This document shows, in pieces, positions 14,653 to 33,700 of a stretch of 64,000 nt of DNA. A program made the position numbers and the translations under genes. The DNA lies in the NCBI GenBank assembly GCA_965203295.1, contig CBDBCZ010000017.1:672001-736000 (forward strand). Reading direction: 5' to 3'. The notes under the pieces are model-generated. The model made no database searches, was not told the origin of the DNA, and worked only from the letters and a program-made list of their open reading frames with translations. Numbering within the stretch: position 1 is the stretch's first letter; each line of letters opens with the position of its first letter. Source of the DNA: Nitrospirales bacterium (GTDB lineage: Bacteria > Nitrospirota > Nitrospiria > Nitrospirales > UBA8639).

Positions 14653-15192
14653 CGCAAAAGAATTCCTTGTTATTTTATTGTACACATACTGGCCTGTCAG
14701 ATTTGATATGAAATTTCGTTAACTATCTGACTCTTTTGACGCACTGAAGCAAAGTGGGCAGGGGAGGGCCCTTGTCATGTGCAAATGGTTGCTAAAATTC
14801 TGCAATGTTATATTGTCTGTAGCTACATATGTAGAACATAATGACACTGCGTTATTAGTCACAGAAGAATCAGTATCGATACTAGCTGCAAGTCGCAGTT
14901 AATGGCATAAGACCTTTCCTTATTATTCCTTGCAGTGGCACTATCCATGATGGAGACTAACGATCGAAGAGTTATGTCACCCCATGCAGAATAACTACCA
15001 TGGCACCATTAATCAGCACTGCATGAACGTTATCATGACGATTATTGTCTAATGCTATACACTGTGTAATAATGGCACAGTGCCTATATTATAGCTCGCT
15101 GCAAGAAACGTCCCACGTGCGAGCCCCACCCCTTTTCAAAATAGCGTTTTCAAAGAGTTAATTAATTAATTAAACTTTTTTTTCATATCGCG

Positions 15193-22478
<7,286 letters not shown>

Positions 22479-22940
22479 GGCCAGTGTGCAACTTCACTCT
22501 TAATGTCTCATCAGCATAATGTATTAAGTAACAAGCATGCATTCACATTGAGTTGTATATACAGTGTTCATAATGGTACAGAAATAAAACAGGTTAACGC
22601 TCCTACTATGACCTTTATTTACCCATACAAACAAGGCATATACACATAATAAGCATCGTGTTAATAATTCAGGCTTCCCAAGTATATTAAAACACTCAAT
22701 AGTGAAACAGAATGGGTAAACAAATGAGAAAACTATTTAATTTTTTTTCTGTGGACAGTGTAAAAAAGTGCCAAAACAGCAAACACGACAGAGCTAGTTT
22801 ACTATAGTACAAATTGATCATTTGCGACATCAGTTATGTCGTGGTTGATTGTTCAATTTGAAGTGAGCTCTGTCCTACTAATTTTTTTTGCTTTTACAAA
22901 CGTGCAAGCTGCAAGAAGTGGTGCATCGATGTTGGTATCA

Positions 22941-25900
22941 TCAAATGCTTGTCTCGTCTTCTTCTTCTTCCAGAAATGATTCTCTGTATCGACTGTAGTC
23001 TGTCTGTAGCTCAACTGACAAACCATAATCGCTTTCGTTTTCATCTAGAGAAACAGTGGAAACAGTGGGAAGTGGATTCGTAACTGAGATCGCTGTTTTG
23101 CGTGTTGTTTCAGTCCTCTCCTTAGTTTTGTAACTGGCATCCTTCAGAGCAGCCATTAGAGTAGACTGCACCATTGACGGCATCTTTGGAAGAACTTTCA
23201 TGCAGAATTTCCTTACGAGACCGAGCCTTGTGAGAATGAAACCGAGAAAAATGAAGGCTGCAACGATGATCGCAGAGACTTGACAGAATTCTACAAATTT
23301 GAAGTGGAGGTGTTCAAGCCGCTGAATTTCGCTCTGGTTCGATATTCTCAGGATATTGAAATACAAGGCAGTGGAAAGTAGGTATATCAGATCAAGTAAG
23401 AATACGACATCGAGTATATTCCTGAGCCATCCTTTGTAAGGCCTGAGAAAAGCCTGCAGGATTGTAAAAGTGACGAGAAAAATGATCACGAGAAAGAGGC
23501 TGTAGTCTGGCAGAGTGACGGAACTGGTGCTGGGAAGCTGCTGAAAACAGTAAATCATGAGGACTAGGCCACGCATTAGCAGCTGGACGCCGATCCAGAA
23601 TCGCAGATGACCGACGAAAGGGTTTTGAAAAGCGTCGAAGAACGGCCACCACTTCTGCAGCCACTTGTTGATCCGTTTCACCTTCCGTAACGGCTTGTGG
23701 AATAGCAACAGTAACACTTCCGGTAGAACGATGAAAAAGAAGAGAAGGAAGCCAATAGCAACAAAAACACCGTGACCTCCGCTTCCATATCGGACTGACG
23801 GATCAAGGAGCCACAAATACTCTTCAGTTTCCGTATCGTGACCTCTATACGTGAGTACTGCAAACGCCACTATGCGTGTCACAGACTGAAAGATCGTAGT
23901 AAACGAAAGAAACAAAACGGTTGCAATGGCTCGCACTGGCTTGAGTGATTCAAGTTTCAAGACTCTCCCAGGACAGAATTTGGCTGCGAAAGCTATGATA
24001 CTGATGATTAGAAGTAGGTAAAATGGGTAGGCAAGCTTAATCGCGGTGTAAGCCAGTTCTGTCATTCCATCGTAGAAGCAAGTTTCGAAACCGATGTCTA
24101 AATTCAAGAACGAGATTAAAACAAAAGCTACATTGTTGTAGCGTATTACATTTTGTGGATATATGCGTTCGGAGAAGATCGAGACAACATTGGCATAGAA
24201 GATGGGTCCGTTTAAGTATCCAGAACTGATGAATATCTGAAAGCCGAATATCAGCATCACTGTTACAATTCCTGAAAAGAAGTAGAGAAACAGGTACCAC
24301 AGTGTGTAGTTGTGGCATATTAGGCACGCCGTAGATCCCAGTACTCGACTGTACCCTTCCCTGCATCTGCCACAGAGAGCTCCGGTACGATTGAAATTGC
24401 ACTGCTCTAAACTATCTGACAGGTTGTTAATTAACACAACGCTCTCATTGCAATAGTCGAAGATACAGAGACTAGTAGTGTAGAGAATCTCATTTTGGTT
24501 TTCGGTATCCTCTCTAAATCCTATCCACCGTTCTTGACCGTACGAAATCGTTCCGTTTGGATTACACCGAATGCTTGGGTGTAAGCTCAGCAGTAATTCG
24601 TCGCAGACGCATGCATGAAGAGTTTCGTTATAAACAAACCCGACTTGGCAGTCCCTAAACGTGAGACTAAAGTTACCTGACGGCTGGAACGAGACAATCG
24701 GGAGGAACTGAAATGCAACGACATCTCCAGGATTTCCAAGAAACTCGAATAATAATTCGTCATCTTCGTTGTCGATGAAAGCCACTACGTCGCCATCAAT
24801 CGAGAACTCTTTGGTGTCCCCGGTCTCCATGAACCTAAGAGTCGTCAGCAAAGGCACTCCCTGGCCGTAGAAATCAGTTGCCGTTACTTTAGCCGTCCAC
24901 TGCTGACCGGGCATTACTTGCTGTGGTAGTGGAGTCGAGGGATTGAAATCCACGTCTGTTGCGACCGAAGTAATCGTGTTACGACTCTCAGGATCTGTGA
25001 TGTTCACACTGAAGTGAAGGATGTCGCTCAGCTCACTCTCAAAGTAGTTTAGAATCTCAGTCCCGTTCTGATCTGGCAGAATATACGGACAAACCCGAAA
25101 TGTCGCTCCAAAAATTTCGTTCCCAACCATTCCAGCACTGTTGTTTATAAACTCCATTCTGAACGGAGGTGTGTTTTCACTGTCACTAGATAGCGTGTAG
25201 CAAGGCTGCTCGGGACAGGCTTGAAATCTACTGAAGTGCAGAAAACAGCGACCAAACTCTGTCAAAGGCCAAGGCGCTCTAGCGGTGACAAAAATGGCCC
25301 CTCCCCTCCAGATGGCTTCATTGTTGGCAAACTGTACCGTGGCCCCTTCTCTGACGATGAAGAAAGAAGTGTCACGAAAGTCTAAGGCCCCGCTGCTTAT
25401 CACCTGGGTTCCCTCGGCCCTAAAGGTGTCATTGATGTTCATGATGCTTCTGGTTGCTCCAATACAGCTCATCTTGTTGTCGAGGAAGCTCGTGTTGCCG
25501 TAAAAGGTCACTTCGACGGCGTCAAGGCTGACTACGGCTGCATTCAGTTGTTGGGTGTTCTCCACTTCGAGTCTGTTCTTTACGAAACGACAGCTTCTCA
25601 AATCAACTTCAAATCCGAATTTCCTTTGGGCTCCATGGTATTTCCCTTCCCATATGGCCAGTGCACTTCCCGTCGTTCCCCGATTCTGCGTCCAGGTACA
25701 GTTTTCGAACGAGACGCGTTTGACGCTTTTCAGTCGAGTAAGGAAAGTAGGTATCGAGAGAATGGCCGTGCCTCCACCCCAATTCGCATTGCACTCCCGA
25801 AACACAGTATTCTTCACGGTAATCAACTGATTGGTAGGCATCGCATTACCACTTAGGTCCATCATATCAATGTTAGTGGGGTAACCGTAACCGATTAGCA

Positions 25901-26978
25901 ATCCACCCCCGCTTTCGCTACCCTGGCATTTCTTAAAGACTACATTGTCTAGCGTGACAGAGACACTCGTCCCCAGAGGCTCTTGAAACAGGACGAGCAG
26001 GCACCCTCCCTCTGGATGGTGGAGATTGGTGAAATTAGAATGGGTGATCGTAACTTCGTGAGACTCTTTGTACTGCTGCGAGAATATCAGGGATAACCCC
26101 GCTGCCCCATCCAGGGGGTAAGTAGAGCTGCTGCTCCATATATTTCGGAAGTCGGTGATCTCGAAGAAGTCATCTGCCAGAATGTACCTGTTCACCTTGG
26201 AACTGGAAGAGCTGTTGCTAAAGTTACAGTTCTCAATTCTCAGTGTATTTCCGTCCGATGTATTCAAGCCGGGTGTGAGCGAGCCTCCAAAAAAGAACAT
26301 TGCCCCCCCAGCAGTGTCCTCGACAGAGGGTAAGGTATGTGCCGATCCCGAATTGTTGGAAAACTTGACGTTTTTCAGTAAGGAGGACCCGAATACGTTG
26401 AAGACGGTGAGTCCCACTCCTACAGTGTCCCTGATACAAACGTTCTCAAGTGTGAGGCCATCGCAGTGAGCTATTACCACGGCCCGAGCAACGTTCGGAA
26501 GCAGTTCGTAGGTGGTGTTCAGCACTACATACTCCTGAACTACTTGAGACACTCTGGCCAGGCGCTCGCCCGTGAGGCCACAGCCCGTAATTGTCACGTT
26601 CTCAATGATGAGATTTCGACTGTTCACAAACGCCAAGCCTACATCTGGCGTGCAAGTTATTCTCACGTCCTCGGCAGCTCCCTGGCCACTGATTGAAACG
26701 TATGACAGCGACTCCAGGAGAAGGGCTGTTGAAATCTGGTGCACTCCAGGCAGAAGGGCTAGTTTGGTGATATTGCCATTTTCGTTGAGGTTCAAAAGAG
26801 CATCGTCCATTTGTGTTACTGTTTGCACTTGAATTTTATCGACTTCCAATCCAGTGCAAGCACCCGCTGCACTACTTGTATTTTCGGGCTCACTTGGTAT
26901 GACACAAATGACATTTTGACCGTTGGTTGTTTTCACAACCGAAAGAAGCAGAAGAAATATACAAAGTCTAGATATCAT
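22941..26978 (-). CDS. Large beta-helix (Pmp-like/pectin-lyase fold) + Cys-rich + multipass membrane protein, paralog A (1345 aa, intronless CDS)
   Basis: Signal peptide MISRLCIFLLLLSVVKTTNG directly after a CAG acceptor. Repeated GG[AG]h and FxxN motifs (GGAMFF, GGGLLI, FANNEAIWRGGAIFV, FINNSA). Cys cluster CNFNRTGALCGRCREGYSRVLGSTAC. Roughly 10-11 hydrophobic segments at the C-terminus. Confidence 0.9.
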   Translation of the reverse strand: MISRLCIFLLLLSVVKTTNGQNVICVIPSEPENTSSAAGACTGLEVDKIQVQTVTQMDDALLNLNENGNITKLALLPGVHQISTALLLESLSYVSISGQGAAEDVRITCTPDVGLAFVNSRNLIIENVTITGCGLTGERLARVSQVVQEYVVLNTTYELLPNVARAVVIAHCDGLTLENVCIRDTVGVGLTVFNVFGSSLLKNVKFSNNSGSAHTLPSVEDTAGGAMFFFGGSLTPGLNTSDGNTLRIENCNFSNSSSSSKVNRYILADDFFEITDFRNIWSSSSTYPLDGAAGLSLIFSQQYKESHEVTITHSNFTNLHHPEGGCLLVLFQEPLGTSVSVTLDNVVFKKCQGSESGGGLLIGYGYPTNIDMMDLSGNAMPTNQLITVKNTVFRECNANWGGGTAILSIPTFLTRLKSVKRVSFENCTWTQNRGTTGSALAIWEGKYHGAQRKFGFEVDLRSCRFVKNRLEVENTQQLNAAVVSLDAVEVTFYGNTSFLDNKMSCIGATRSIMNINDTFRAEGTQVISSGALDFRDTSFFIVREGATVQFANNEAIWRGGAIFVTARAPWPLTEFGRCFLHFSRFQACPEQPCYTLSSDSENTPPFRMEFINNSAGMVGNEIFGATFRVCPYILPDQNGTEILNYFESELSDILHFSVNITDPESRNTITSVATDVDFNPSTPLPQQVMPGQQWTAKVTATDFYGQGVPLLTTLRFMETGDTKEFSIDGDVVAFIDNEDDELLFEFLGNPGDVVAFQFLPIVSFQPSGNFSLTFRDCQVGFVYNETLHACVCDELLLSLHPSIRCNPNGTISYGQERWIGFREDTENQNEILYTTSLCIFDYCNESVVLINNLSDSLEQCNFNRTGALCGRCREGYSRVLGSTACLICHNYTLWYLFLYFFSGIVTVMLIFGFQIFISSGYLNGPIFYANVVSIFSERIYPQNVIRYNNVAFVLISFLNLDIGFETCFYDGMTELAYTAIKLAYPFYLLLIISIIAFAAKFCPGRVLKLESLKPVRAIATVLFLSFTTIFQSVTRIVAFAVLTYRGHDTETEEYLWLLDPSVRYGSGGHGVFVAIGFLLFFFIVLPEVLLLLFHKPLRKVKRINKWLQKWWPFFDAFQNPFVGHLRFWIGVQLLMRGLVLMIYCFQQLPSTSSVTLPDYSLFLVIIFLVTFTILQAFLRPYKGWLRNILDVVFLLDLIYLLSTALYFNILRISNQSEIQRLEHLHFKFVEFCQVSAIIVAAFIFLGFILTRLGLVRKFCMKVLPKMPSMVQSTLMAALKDASYKTKERTETTRKTAISVTNPLPTVSTVSLDENESDYGLSVELQTDYSRYRESFLEEEEDETSI

Positions 26979-27056
26979 ATCTGCGTGGATGGTATTTGTC
27001 TGCATTAAGAAATTAAAAAAAAAATTGATAAAATCCCCACAAAGGTATGGGAAAAT

Positions 27057-27166
27057 TAGCCTCGTACCCAGGCCTTCCCTCACAGCTTTTTTTGCAGCCG
27101 TGGCAAAAAGCGCTTTTTGCCTCGGCTGTGAAAAAAGCTGTGAGGGAAGGCCTGGGTACGAGGCTA
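27057..27166. mobile_element. TAGCCTC-terminated hairpin MITE
   Basis: Near-perfect 110-bp palindrome with 9-bp direct flanks TGGGAAAAT. Confidence 0.9.
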
Positions 27167-27329
27167 TGGGAAAATACCAGTTTGGTATACTAATAGTCCC
27201 ACTACAGTGTGGAAAAACAATTGTTAATATCAACAATCTATATAGCGGTTGTAGTGCTATTTGATCTGTTTATTTGGACAGCAGTTTCAGTTGACAATGT
27301 CTGTGCTAAGTACTGGAATGTACACACAC

Positions 27330-27719
27330 TAGGCTTGGGCAAATTATGCTGGCATAGCATTGAGAATAATGTGCATGGGAATAATAGGGCAGTTTTCAGG
27401 AATAACGCGAGTCTTGAACGGAAATATTCGAGTAGATCTCATCCACCACAAACTTTGCATGCATTTATGGTGTCTAGCAGTGGTTCTGATGGGAGAATGG
27501 CTGGTCTACAGCATGTTCTGCTTCAATAGTGATAAATAGCATCACTTGCCAGTCAACGGGGGAGGGGGGAAAGGTGTTATATGTATGAATATTTTTTTTC
27601 AATTTTAGTGGGAATAATGCGAGAATAATAGGCAGTCACTCGGAAATAATAGGGCAGTTTTGTAAAAATAGGGGAATAGAATTACAGGTAACTTTTTGAG
27701 CATGATCAGCCCAACCCTA
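27330..27719. mobile_element. hAT-like non-autonomous element, inverted copy of 15499-15903
   Basis: TAGGCTTGGGCAAATTATGC...CAGCCCAACCCTA with 8-bp TSD ACACACAC; internal similarity to 15499-15903. Confidence 0.88.
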
Positions 27720-28644
27720 ACACACACATGGTGCAGTGTCATACTTTCTATCACTAATTTGAGCTATGATGTCATTCTCTTAAGAGCTTATGAGCCGCTC
27801 ATAAGCTCCTGGATGTAGCAAGAGAAGTCTTCACGCTCATCTTACAGGTCTCCCAAAGGTTGACTAAGGCTCATTAACTTTGCATGATTGTGACTTTCAA
27901 AACTACCAAAAGTGTAAGTCACAGTCCATCAATTATTTATGCTTGAAATTCAAAGAATGTCACAGTTGGATAGTTTTAATCCAATAGCAAGGTTCTGGTC
28001 AGGTGATAGTGCGAAATGTGGGTGTATGTCACGTTTAATAGTACAAGAACTTCCTAAGTGGTTGTAGTGATAAATCTACAGTAAACATGATCATGAAACT
28101 GCAGTAAGGGAATTTATACTATTCTTGTCATATATAGAAGTACTCATGCACATAAACATACGGTGCACAATACATGCATGGCTCACTACAGCAACACCAC
28201 ACACGTGCACACCTTTAGAAGTGAATGTACAATAGTATTGTGGCTACTGGAATGCATATATGGCCACTGTGAGATGACAGCTATGTACACATAATATTAC
28301 TGGCTGCAATTTACTCTCTGCATGTTACGGCCAACCTGACCATACAAAAAGATGGATGTACCTATCAAACTTGCATCTATATATACATAGGTTGGTAATG
28401 CACAAGTGCTTAGTCACAGTTTCATTATCACTATAAAGACGATATTAGACTCGAGCTGTAATGGATAATCTGTCTACGCAGACTTCTGTATACTCCAGTA
28501 CTAGTGGACAGTCAGGACTAGACACTGCATGAATTATATAGTGCTGCTTGAAAACAGACTATAGGAAAAAATGCCTTGGATGTCCATACTATTACAAATC
28601 CAGGAATGATTTGTATAGGGACACAACTTTGATGACATGCACTC

Positions 28645-29078
28645 ACTAGTCTCGTTCCCAGGCTCTCACTAGTCTCGTTCCCAGGCTCTCACTAGTCTCG
28701 TTCCCAGGCTCTCACTAGTCTCATTCCCAGGCTCTCACTAGTCTCGTTCCCAGGCTCTCACTAGTCTCATTCCCAGGCTCTCACTAACCTCATTCCCAGG
28801 CTCTCACTAGTCTCGTTCCCAGGCTCTCACTAGTCTCGTTCCCAGGCTCTCACTAGTCTCATTCCCAGGCTCTCACTAGTCTCGTTCCCAGGCTCTCACT
28901 AGTCTCGTTCCCAGGCTCTCACTAGTCTCGTTCCCAGGCTCTCACTAGTCTCATTCCCAGGCTCTCACTAGTCTCGTTCCCATGCTCTCACTAGTCTCGT
29001 TCCCAGGCTCTCACTAGTCTCGTTCCCAGGCTCTCACTAGTCTCATTCCCAGGCTCTCACTAGTCTCATTCCCAGGCT
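28645..29078. repeat. 23-bp minisatellite derived from a MITE terminus (~19 copies)
   Basis: Unit CACTAGTCTCGTTCCCAGGCTCT, followed by the remainder of a MITE ending ACGAGGCTA at ~29149. Confidence 0.92.
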
Positions 29079-29755
29079 CCACTCTGCAGCTTTTTCTTTC
29101 ACACTAGCTACAAGTGACAATGGCTGGTGTGGATGCTACGAACGAGGCTATACGCATTCACAGTCAGGGCTAACCAACCCCTACCGACCCGCTGTTACAT
29201 ACCTTCCATACTCTTATTAGACAGACCATAAAAAGAGATAGCTAACTATCTCATCTTTGTTCTGTCACAAGTCTTGCACCCCTACCAAGCAGGACCCTAC
29301 CAAGCAGGACAGTATATACACCCTACGATGGACACTATAAAAGTACTAAAGATTTCTTGCTCTGCGTCAAGGGAAGCTGTAAGGAAACACAACAGAGGTT
29401 TGATAGGATCCTCAAGAAGACATGGCATGTTTCCCACATGCATGGCCTACAGAACGATGCCATGTCTTTTGCGATTCATCAAAATTCTGCTGCATGTGTT
29501 TATCTTCCATGCGGGTTTCCCTCGATACAGAGCAGGACAATATATACCACAGCATTATTCAATAAGCAAGAAAGCATGTTCACGAACACAAAATGAATCT
29601 AATTGACAGAATACAAGTTCTTTTGCACTTTTTGGTACAGTTATGACCCTTATTATTAGCTGCACTCAATGCTATGCAAATTCTACTTGTGGCCGAAGTA
29701 ACACTGAGGATTAAACTGCCCCGTATAATACCTCTTTAACTATGTAATCACTTAC

Positions 29756-30003
29756 CTCTTGTCATACTCAAAATCCTTGAGAGAATACTGCTGTACATGT
29801 ACGAAAAGAGTTTTAATTGCTTAGCGGATGCTGACGAGACTAGCTTCGGTATGGAATGCAGCCAATAGGCCTAAGTACCACAATGAGGGTGGGGCTAAGC
29901 CTGTATCCGGTCGATCGTGTCACTTGACAGCTTAGTAAATGCTCAGCAGCAACAGTAGAGTCTGACTGGATGCGTAGAAGAAGATTACATGTGCAGGAGG
30001 AAT
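29756..30003. promoter_or_regulatory. Putative bidirectional promoter with flanking 5'UTR exons of the two beta-helix genes
   Basis: Minus-strand donor GAG|GTAAGT (intron starts 29755) and plus-strand donor AAT|GTAAGT (30004), with CCAAT (~29862) and a GGGTGGGG box (~29887) between them. Both CDSs start just after an acceptor AG. Confidence 0.55.
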
Positions 30004-30724
30004 GTAAGTAAGCTTACGTTTTAGACGTTTTTAGCGGTGTGTGTTTGATATTCAATACCGATATTAGCTATTAGCTAAAATGCTATATGCAGTTAATTCC
30101 TGGTTGCATTCTAAAACCACTGAATTTGTGCAGCATAACTATTTCCTAGACTGAAGACAGGTCCTCTGATGTAGTATAGTTCCCAAAGGTTCCATTAGTT
30201 CTCTTTAAAATAGCTATAATGGTGTGTAGTCTTCAATTTATTTTACTGTTGGTATGTACACTGCTATTAAAGTGGCCCCCTTATTATTATATTACACGAA
30301 CACTAGATTCTAGCCAATCGTAACATGCCTCAGCATCACACTGCAATAAAAGCTGGAGTGAGGCTATAGTCAGGCTGAACTATTCATCTGCAGAGTTCCA
30401 TACATCCACTGAATTAAACTGATAGTAGAACCTTTGATTTACTACATACCTGTCTGTGAACAGTTAAGCTAGCTCTTCATTGACTTGCTTACTTCGCTGC
30501 AGCTATGTGTCACATTAAATACATAGCTTCTTGAATTCAGTTTCCCCACAGTCACTGCCAACTCATGTTACAAGTCGATAAGAATAGCTACCAAAACTGT
30601 TGCTCTTTATAAGAATGGAGCAGTGTTCCTAACGTAGTACTCACATGAACAGTTGGTCATGTGCCTACTATATACAGGCATGAAGTGTATGTTGCTATCA
30701 CAAAGTGTTCCTTTTATGCAGGAA

Positions 30725-33700
30725 ATGTGGTCATCGCTAATTATGTCTTTGCTGCTGACATTTCTGCTTCTAGCGTTGCTTTCTCCATCGGCTTTTTGCA
30801 GCAAAGTTTGTGTTGCCGCAAACGGAGCAAGCGATAGAAGCCCACTGAACGGTCTCTGTGATGGACAAATACTCGAAGGAATGAACGATGCAGTTCTGCT
30901 GATGAATCAAAACAACACCGAGCTATTCTTGCTTCCCGGTAACCACACACTGTCAGTGTTCACAATTGTGGAATCGGTTTCCAATATATCCATCGTGGGA
31001 CTCGGTACGAGGGAGACTGTCAGGCTCACTTGCGAGGATGGCGTTGGTCTTGCATTTGTGAATGTGAGAAACCTCGTCATTCACAAGATCACCATTACAA
31101 ACTGTGGCATAAGAAATGAGAATATCGTTGCTGTATCCCAGAGGGCCGAGGAGTATGTTCTGTTCAATCATACATATATTCTGCTGCCGTCAATTCGCCG
31201 TGCAGTGTTTGTAGCGGAATGCTATGATCTATCGCTCGAGAATGTTCGGATTCAGAACACAGTCGGAGTTGGACTTACAGCACTTAACATCCAAGGCGAC
31301 TCGCACATACAAAATGTGGAATTTTACAACAACTCTTACAATGATAATCTCACCTTCAAAGAAAGAGGCGACTTTGTGGCAGGCGGGGCAATGTTCTATT
31401 TCGGGAATTCGCTGAAGCGTGATAGCTATCCAGGCAGTTTCGAAACCAAACACAATCTTGTTATTGATTCCTGTCGATTCACGAGAAGCAAGTCTGCAGC
31501 TCAGGCCACCCGCCACATTCTGGTGGACGATTTCTTCGAGATAAGTGATTTCCGTGACACACTCAACGATACTTACCCACTAGACGGTGCTAGCGGACTT
31601 TCTCTCATTTTCAGCAGGAACCAAGGCGACTTTTATAATGTCGCAGTCAGTAATTCTCAGTTGGTGGAAAACATTCACCCAGACGGTGGATGCCTACTTA
31701 TCCTGTTCCAACAGTTAACCTCAAGTGTGTCAGTTTTGCTTGACTCGCTTTGGTTTGAAGACTGCAGAGGTAAACAAACCGGGGGTGGCTTATTAATAGG
31801 CTATGGCTACCCTACTAATTTTATGTCCCTAGAATCTGAGAATGTCATTTATCAGAGTGTCAGCGTTAGAAACTCAACGTTCTACAAGTGTAGGGGGAAC
31901 TTTGGAGGGGGGTCGGCTGTTTTGTCCGTACCGAATTTTCTTCGCCAGGGAATACAGATAAAGGGGATCGATTTCACAAACTGCACCTGGAGAGAAAATT
32001 TGGGAAGTGCTGGATGTGCTGCAGGGTTTTGGGAGGGAAAGTACCATGGAGTGCAGAAGAGGTTCGGGATCAAGATTACTTTCACGGACTGCAAATTCAT
32101 TGGAAACCGCATTGAAATAGAGAACCAACCTCAAATAAATGCCGCTGCAGTAAATTTGGATGCCGTTGCTGTAAACTTCCATGGAGAGACTTACTTTGGT
32201 GATAACAGAGTTAGCTGCATCGGTGCCACGAGAAGCGAAGTGCAAGTGTATGATAACTTCCTAGCCGAACGCTCTCTGGTTGTCTTTGGAGGAGTCTTAG
32301 ACTTTCGAGACACTTCTTATCTGATTGTCAAAGACGGCGCCACTGTGACATTTGTGAATAATCAAGCACTTTGGAGAGGGGGGGCCGTATCAGAGAACAC
32401 ATTCGCTCCGTGGCCCCTTACGGAATTCGGCATCTGCTTCCTCCATTTCGAGAACTTCAGAGCGTGTCCGGTAAGACCATGCTACGATCTCACAGATTAC
32501 AACAAGAATGAAGGTCCTCCCTCCCAAGTGCTCTTTATAAACAACACGGCCTCATTATTTGGCAATGAGATCTTTGGTGCGACCTTTCAGTTCTGTCCTT
32601 GGCTGAGTCACAACATCAGTCAAGATGGAGTCGCGATTCTATCGTTCTTGGAAAATGACCTGAGTGATGTTATTTACTTTGATGAACAACTCACTGTAGA
32701 AAATGACATTGTCAACGGTTACCTGAACGATGTCCTTTTCGATTCCCTTCCAAGCAGGATCATGCCCGGGGAACTCTTTAGAGCTAACATCACCACTCTC
32801 GACTTCTTCAATCAATCGGTACCTTCAGTCAACACTCTTCGACGTACAGACAGCGATGGACGACTGGACACATCTGGACGGTTCAGTGCTGATGGAAACC
32901 TCGTCACCTTCATAGAAGCAGTCGAAGATCTCCGTTTCATTTTCAAAGGTAAACCTGGAGAAAATGTCACATTCCAGTTTCTGCCAATTTCTATATTTCG
33001 GCCCACAGGACGTTTCAACTTTACATTCTCCGAATGCAATACCGGTTTCATCTACGATGATACCCAAGAGAAGTGTGTGTGTGACCCTATTTTGGAGGGT
33101 CTTCACGAAAGCATCGAATGCCAATCAGACGGGAGCATTACTCACGGGCAGCTCAGATGGGTTGGATTCCAGGACAACAGTACGGACGAGGCAATGGATT
33201 TGGTGTATGTAACGAGTCTCTGTGTGTACGACTTTTGCAGTGAAAGCGACATGCTCATTAAGAACCTATCCGATTCTGCCGAGCAGTGCAATAATAATCG
33301 AACCGGAGTCCTTTGTGGTGGCTGCAAAGAAGGGTATAGCCGAGTATTTGGCTCCTCGGCATGCAGGATCTGTAACAACGTCACACTGCTGTACATCTTG
33401 CTATACATGGCTTCTGGAATTCTAACCGTCCTGGGTATTTTTACTCTTCACATTTCAATCGTTCATGGCTACCTCAACGGTCCGATCCTATACGCCAACA
33501 TTGTGTCCACGTTTGGTACAATCCTCTTTCCTCCCAACCGGCCCCGCTATACGAACGCTGCCTTCATCCTCATCACGTTTCTGAACCTGGATATAGGTTT
33601 CGAAACCTGCTTCTATGATGGAATGACTCAAAAGCACTACACATCTCTGCGGCTGGCCTACCCTTTCTACCTTCTACTCATCATAGGCTGTATTATACTC

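Noticed and set aside
26979..27236. N-terminal 86-aa extension of the 1431-aa ORF
   Set aside because: Runs through a MITE and a splice acceptor; the signal peptide starts at ATG 26978. The same applies to 30653-30724 for paralog B.
28645..29078. CRISPR-like arrays (also 38805-39632, 44006-44520, 46225-46632)
   Set aside because: Head-to-tail repeats without unique spacers, no cas genes, eukaryotic context.
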